Part shown: positions 27,284 to 31,462 of the stretch, piece after piece
Position numbering within the stretch: the first letter of the stretch is position 1
How the letters are laid out: every line of letters starts with the position of its first letter
Source: a virus
Taxonomy: Duplodnaviria > Heunggongvirae > Uroviricota > Caudoviricetes
Virus record (IMG/VR): IMGVR_UViG_3300029415_000135
Strand: one strand, 5' to 3'
DNA length: 31,462 nt
Position numbers and translations under genes: made by a program
Notes under the pieces: generated by a model
The model's database searches: none
The model's input: the letters and a program-made list of their open reading frames with translations, nothing else
What the model was told of the DNA's origin: nothing

Positions 27284-27504
27284 GCCGTTCTCCGGTAATG
27301 TTTGTTTTTTGCTTCAAAGACTGACTGGCAGGAAACACAACGCGTGGCTGACGGATAAGCCGCACGACGGGCAGCAGGTATTGGCGCGTCACACTCTTCG
27401 CAAACCAGCGCAGAAACACCGCAATGCTTTACCCTTGCCGCGTTAATCTGGCGCTCCAGTAATTCAGCCTGTTGTTCCTGAATAAAATCTACGTTGTCCG
27501 GCAT
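27280..27504 (-). CDS. TraR/DksA-family zinc-finger protein, 74 aa (P2 orf82-like)
   Basis: C-terminal C4 zinc finger (CEECDAPIP … CVSCQ) typical of phage TraR/DksA-like proteins. Confidence 0.75.
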   Translation of the reverse strand: MPDNVDFIQEQQAELLERQINAARVKHCGVSALVCEECDAPIPAARRAAYPSATRCVSCQSVFEAKNKHYRRTA

Positions 27505-27809
27505 TACCAGCTCCTTTTGTCGTTAAGTTTTTTAAATTCATCAGCGCAATAGCTGGCAATTTCTGTCGTTAATTTCGTCAGTTCATCCACGGAGGAGATT
27601 TGCTTGTGAAATACAGCGCGTTTAACAAGTAAATTGACCACATCAGACAGGAGATTTAATTCGTTCTGATAAATCGCGATAACAGACTCAGTTATTTCGC
27701 GTTTTTCTTTATCAAGACCAAGTTGAATAAGAGATAAATCGCCATTTTTCATAACGGCGATTTTTAAGGCGTTATTCAGTAATACAACTGAACGAGAACA
27801 GGACATCAA
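27504..27809 (-). CDS. hypothetical early protein, 101 aa, AT-rich
   Basis: ORF within the early operon; lower GC than its neighbours; ATGA-coupled to the upstream ORF. Confidence 0.55.
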   Translation of the reverse strand: MMSCSRSVVLLNNALKIAVMKNGDLSLIQLGLDKEKREITESVIAIYQNELNLLSDVVNLLVKRAVFHKQISSVDELTKLTTEIASYCADEFKKLNDKRSW

Positions 27810-28030
27810 AGCACCTCCCCGCGAGACAATCCGATATTGTGAAATTTTTCCGACTCCTGACTGAGCAGCTCGACTATCTCCACGCGGGATAACTCCGCCT
27901 TTGTGATGTGGCGAATCATGGCGTCAAGATGAGAAGAAAAGCGCGTCGCTGCGTCGGCCTGTGCTTCGGTTCTGGCCTGTTGCAGCAGTAATGCGTATTT
28001 ACCGCACTGATTTTCAGAAACTGTATGCAT
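27806..28030 (-). CDS. hypothetical early protein, about 74 aa
   Basis: ATG at 28028-28030 preceded by GGAGAAAG SD; the ORF-track start further upstream is unsupported. Confidence 0.55.
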   Translation of the reverse strand: MHTVSENQCGKYALLLQQARTEAQADAATRFSSHLDAMIRHITKAELSRVEIVELLSQESEKFHNIGLSRGEVL

Positions 28031-28093
28031 GACTTTCTCCAGGCAAAAAGAAGCCCCGCACAATTAAGTGCGTTAAAAACTCTGGTTAATTAC

Positions 28094-28594
28094 TTAATGC
28101 AGATATTGCTCTGGTTTTACCGACGTCAGAATTGTCGGTGCATACTCAAACAGGCTGAATAATTCACGTAATGCACGGAATAAAGCATCACGCCAGTAAC
28201 ATGATTCTTCATTAATTCGCCAGTATGGCTGGTTGAATTCTTTTTCAGTCAATCCGGCATGCATAAATAAAGTACGACGCTGACTGACTGTTAAAAAACT
28301 AATATATGCATACTCACTTGCGCCAACCTGACGGCGTTTTGAGAATGCCCCACGCAATTCATCAATTGCACATACCAGTCGTTCACGTTCGACATCATTC
28401 ATTTCTTCAAAACGCATCGTTGCGTGACGCTGTTTTAACTGCGCATGGAAGCAAACCGTTAGCCGTTCGCGTTCCATCATCTGATTATAATAATCGCATG
28501 TCTCCTGCCAGCGAGGGACGGCAAGATGCTTACCAATTATCCGGCGCATAGCTGCTGGCTGTTTTTCGACGAGATTAAGCGTCATCACTGTCAT
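28094..28594 (-). CDS. B: replication protein B (gpB), 166 aa
   Basis: 166 aa, size and position as P2 B (between cox and A). Confidence 0.8.
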   Translation of the reverse strand: MTVMTLNLVEKQPAAMRRIIGKHLAVPRWQETCDYYNQMMERERLTVCFHAQLKQRHATMRFEEMNDVERERLVCAIDELRGAFSKRRQVGASEYAYISFLTVSQRRTLFMHAGLTEKEFNQPYWRINEESCYWRDALFRALRELFSLFEYAPTILTSVKPEQYLH

Positions 28595-28827
28595 TTCCAG
28601 ACCCTCCGGCTTTTCAGAAAGGTCAGAGCCTTTTTTAACGGACTCTGTTTTTTGGTACGGATAATGATTCCCTTGCGCCCCTTCCCGTGGGTGATGGTGA
28701 AGTCAATCGCCCTGGGGCTTTCGTTACGCAATAACTGAGCAATACAACGAGGCTCGTTCATCCTTTCCACCTTAAGCCGCACGGCCATGTCTTGATTTGC
28801 TGTAACTAATGCGATTTTTCCAGTCAT
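28591..28827 (-). CDS. hypothetical small protein, about 78 aa (P2 orf78 position); start uncertain
   Basis: ORF ending in an ATGA overlap with the B start; several candidate Met starts (28851, 28827, 28788); overlaps the cox 3' end. Confidence 0.45.
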   Translation of the reverse strand: MTGKIALVTANQDMAVRLKVERMNEPRCIAQLLRNESPRAIDFTITHGKGRKGIIIRTKKQSPLKKALTFLKSRRVWK

Positions 28828-29128
28828 GCCATTCTGTCGGAGCTTCATCAACTAGCTGGGCTGCGTACTTGTCCCACTCACGACGATTAATCCATAACTC
28901 AGCATGACCGCCCGGCTTTAATGGGTCCGTCATATAAAAGGCTGGTAACTTGCCTGCTTTCGCCATTTCAGCAACAGCACGAGGCGTCTTACCGATGTAA
29001 AGAGCAAAACCCTCTTTCGAGAGCAAATCCGACGGTGCGGCTGCAAGTTTGATGTCACATTTTTTACTTTTTGTGAGATCAGATACTTTTTCTCCAACAT
29101 CGTTATTCATTTCTGATCCAATACTCAT
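28772..29128 (-). CDS. cox: Cox-like excisionase/early transcriptional regulator, about 118 aa
   Basis: First gene of the early operon, divergent from C; region …GKLPAFYMTDP… resembles recalled P2 Cox (…GKLPVIDMTDP…). ATG at 29126-29128 with GAGGAT SD; ORF-track start is TTG. Confidence 0.7.
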   Translation of the reverse strand: MSIGSEMNNDVGEKVSDLTKSKKCDIKLAAAPSDLLSKEGFALYIGKTPRAVAEMAKAGKLPAFYMTDPLKPGGHAELWINRREWDKYAAQLVDEAPTEWHDWKNRISYSKSRHGRAA

Positions 29129-29232
29129 TTTGATATCCTCAACTTTGGTGCCATTCAATCAGAGCTATTTGAAGCCGCTCTGCGTTGTTCTGGCGTGTCG
29201 CATACAACATAAATTACGAGATACGACAATTC
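29129..29232. promoter_or_regulatory. immunity switch region: divergent early (Pe) and repressor (Pc) promoters with C/Cox operators
   Basis: 104-bp intergenic region between divergent cox and C genes; arrangement as in P2; individual operators not resolved. Confidence 0.5.
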
Positions 29233-29544
29233 ATGTCAAATACACAAATCACATCTCAAGCAGAGAAACTCGCACTTATTCGGGAATCAGAAAGAATGAC
29301 AAGGAAGCAAGTAGCTGAATTAACTGGAATTAACTACAACACCTATGCTGGATATGAGCAGGGAAAAGTAAAGATGTCTTTTGACGCAGGTATGAAATTT
29401 TTCAAGCCAGAAAGATTTCGCAAGTACCGTGACTGGTTCATGTTTGATGAAACTGATCCCGCTGGCGGACAAATAGCCCCGGCGCTCGCGCACATTGGGC
29501 AAGACTCAACAACCTTGCACCACTCAGACCAAAAGACTGGCTGA
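29233..29544 (+). CDS. C: immunity repressor C, 103 aa
   Basis: From ATG 29233: MSNTQITSQAEKLALIRESE… with HTH region and C-terminus …GQIAPALAHIGQDSTTLHHSDQKTG, very close to recalled P2 C (…GQIAPALAHFGQNETTSPHSGQKTG). Confidence 0.85.
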   Translation: MSNTQITSQAEKLALIRESERMTRKQVAELTGINYNTYAGYEQGKVKMSFDAGMKFFKPERFRKYRDWFMFDETDPAGGQIAPALAHIGQDSTTLHHSDQKTG

Positions 29545-29637
29545 CGATTTATTCAGCATATGTGTGCAGTAAATGTACGAAAGAAAATTGCATTAATTTT
29601 CAAGTAGTAGAAGTAAACAGCGTCATCGGAGGGCTTT

Positions 29638-30633
29638 ATGTCTATTAAAAAGCTCGATGATGGTCGTTATGAAGTGGACGTCAGACCGCAGGGTGCAGAT
29701 GGAAAACGTATCAGGCGGAAATTTAAAACTAAAGGTGAAGCTCAAGCATTCGAACGTCATGTCCTGGTTAACTACCACAACAAAGAGTGGTTGGAGAAGC
29801 CGGCCGACCGCCGAACTCTTACAGAGTTGTTAGGCAGATGGTGGATATATCACGGAAAATCACATGAGCGTGGAGATATTGAACGAGGGCGTTTGACGAC
29901 AATAATCGCCAAATTTGCCGAGATGGGAGTGTCCAGGGCGGACCAGCTAACAAAGAAAACGATAACTGATTATCGCGTTGTAATGATGAACGATGGCCTA
30001 AAACCAGCCAGCGTAAATCGGCATCTGGCAATAATGAGCGGGATGTTCACCAAGTTAATTGACGCCGGTGAATATCACTCTCACAACCCGTTCCGTGAGG
30101 TTAAGCGGTTACGTGAAGCTGTTACGGAAATGGCTTTTTTGTCCAGTGAAGAGATTACGCGGCTGTTATCCATGCTTGATGGTGATGAGTTAAATGCAAC
30201 TCTGGTCTGCCTTTCTACTGGTGGACGCTGGAGTGAAGTGTCTAATTTGAAAGCTGAACACATCATTAACCAGATGGTTACGTTTATGAAAACTAAAAAC
30301 GGAAAGCGCAGGACAATTCCCGTTTCGCAGGACCTGATTAAACGGATCAAGACCAAAAATTCAGGCAGGCTTTTTAATGCCAGTTACTACAAAGTGCGCA
30401 ACGCTCTCAGGGAAGTAAAACCCGATTTACCTGACGGACAGGCAGTGCATGTTTTGAGGCATACATTTGCCACACATTTTATAATGAATGGAGGTAACAT
30501 AATCACATTGCAGCGCATCCTGGGTCATTCTAACATTCAGCAAACTATGACCTACGCACACTTTGCACCGGATTTCTTACAAGATGCTGTGACTCTTAAC
30601 CCGGTGTCAGGAATGTCCATAATGCGTCCATAA
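29638..30633 (+). CDS. int: tyrosine integrase (P2 Int family), 331 aa
   Basis: N-terminus MSIKKLDDGRYEVDVRPQG… resembles P2 Int; C-terminal catalytic region with …HVLRHTFATHF… and …LGHSNIQQTMTYAH… (R, H-x-x-R, Y); GGAGGG SD. Confidence 0.88.
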   Translation: MSIKKLDDGRYEVDVRPQGADGKRIRRKFKTKGEAQAFERHVLVNYHNKEWLEKPADRRTLTELLGRWWIYHGKSHERGDIERGRLTTIIAKFAEMGVSRADQLTKKTITDYRVVMMNDGLKPASVNRHLAIMSGMFTKLIDAGEYHSHNPFREVKRLREAVTEMAFLSSEEITRLLSMLDGDELNATLVCLSTGGRWSEVSNLKAEHIINQMVTFMKTKNGKRRTIPVSQDLIKRIKTKNSGRLFNASYYKVRNALREVKPDLPDGQAVHVLRHTFATHFIMNGGNIITLQRILGHSNIQQTMTYAHFAPDFLQDAVTLNPVSGMSIMRP

Positions 30634-30664
30634 ACCAGAGTTAACTAGAGCCAATTGAAGCGAT

Positions 30665-31462
30665 ATGAGTAATTTAACTAATTGTAATACAACAGAAAAT
30701 ACCGCTGCGGCGGGGGCTACCAAGTCAGTTATTGGTCGCATTCACTCCTTTGAATCCTGTGGAACCGTAGACGGCCCGGGTATTCGCTTTATCACCTTTT
30801 TCCAGGGCTGCCTGATGCGCTGCCTGTATTGTCATAACCGCGACACCTGGGATACGCATGGCGGTAAAGAAGTTACCGTTGAAGATTTAATGAAAGAGGT
30901 GGTGACCTATCGCCACTTTATGAACGCTTCCGGCGGCGGCGTTACCGCATCCGGCGGTGAGGCAATCCTACAAGCTGAGTTTGTTCGTGACTGGTTCCGC
31001 GCCTGCAAAAAAGAAGGCATTCATACCTGTCTGGACACCAACGGTTTTGTTCGTCGTTACGATCCGGTGATTGATGAACTGCTGGAAGTAACCGACCTGG
31101 TAATGCTCGATCTCAAACAGATGAACGACGAGATCCACCAAAATCTGGTTGGAGTTTCCAACCACCGCACGCTGGAGTTCGCCAAATATCTGGCGAACAA
31201 AAATGTGAAGGTGTGGATCCGCTACGTTGTTGTCCCAGGCTGGTCTGACGATGACGATTCAGCGCATCGCCTCGGTGAATTTACCCGTGATATGGGCAAC
31301 GTTGAGAAAATCGAACTCCTCCCCTACCACGAGCTGGGCAAACACAAATGGGTGGCAATGGGTGAAGAGTACAAACTCGACGGTGTTAAACCACCTAAGA
31401 AAGAGACCATGGAACGCGTGAAAGGCATTCTTGAGCAGTACGGTCATAAGGTAATGTTCTAA
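30665..31462 (+). CDS. pflA: pyruvate formate-lyase 1 activating enzyme (radical SAM), host gene; ORF as drawn is 265 aa
   Basis: From [19 protein letters not shown]… the translation matches recalled E. coli PflA, including the CxxxCxxC radical-SAM motif (CLMRCLYC). The codon at the recalled initiator position (30722-30724) is AAG; first in-frame ATG is at 30665. Confidence 0.85.
   Translation: MSNLTNCNTTENTAAAGATKSVIGRIHSFESCGTVDGPGIRFITFFQGCLMRCLYCHNRDTWDTHGGKEVTVEDLMKEVVTYRHFMNASGGGVTASGGEAILQAEFVRDWFRACKKEGIHTCLDTNGFVRRYDPVIDELLEVTDLVMLDLKQMNDEIHQNLVGVSNHRTLEFAKYLANKNVKVWIRYVVVPGWSDDDDSAHRLGEFTRDMGNVEKIELLPYHELGKHKWVAMGEEYKLDGVKPPKKETMERVKGILEQYGHKVMF

Overview
The window is almost entirely one P2-like (Peduovirus-type) prophage, read here in reverse relative to the usual P2 map, with host pflA at the right edge. 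From left to right: ogr, then the late tail/lysis/head genes D-U-T-E/E'-FII-FI ... V-W-J-I-H, S-R-lysCBA-K-Y-X-L-M-N-O on the minus strand; P-Q terminase/portal on the plus strand; the cos site (21936-21954); an accessory locus; the early operon cox-B-small ORFs-A on the minus strand; C repressor and integrase on the plus strand. The window starts at the ogr stop codon, so the other prophage end is not visible. Gene calls rest on my reading of the translated ORFs and on recalled P2 protein sequences and sizes, since no search could be run. Three things depart from canonical P2: (1) a Hin/Gin-family invertase and a ~1.9 kb invertible tail-fibre segment sit where P2 carries Z/fun, with both 26-bp crossover sites identifiable; (2) the position where P2 carries old/tin, between cos and A, holds a single AT-rich 540-aa ORF with no motif I recognise and a hydrophobic C-terminus, which is the best candidate for an undescribed anti-phage or abortive-infection gene; (3) at the int-pflA junction, the codon where I recall the PflA initiator Met reads AAG. 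No tRNA, rRNA or CRISPR array was seen.
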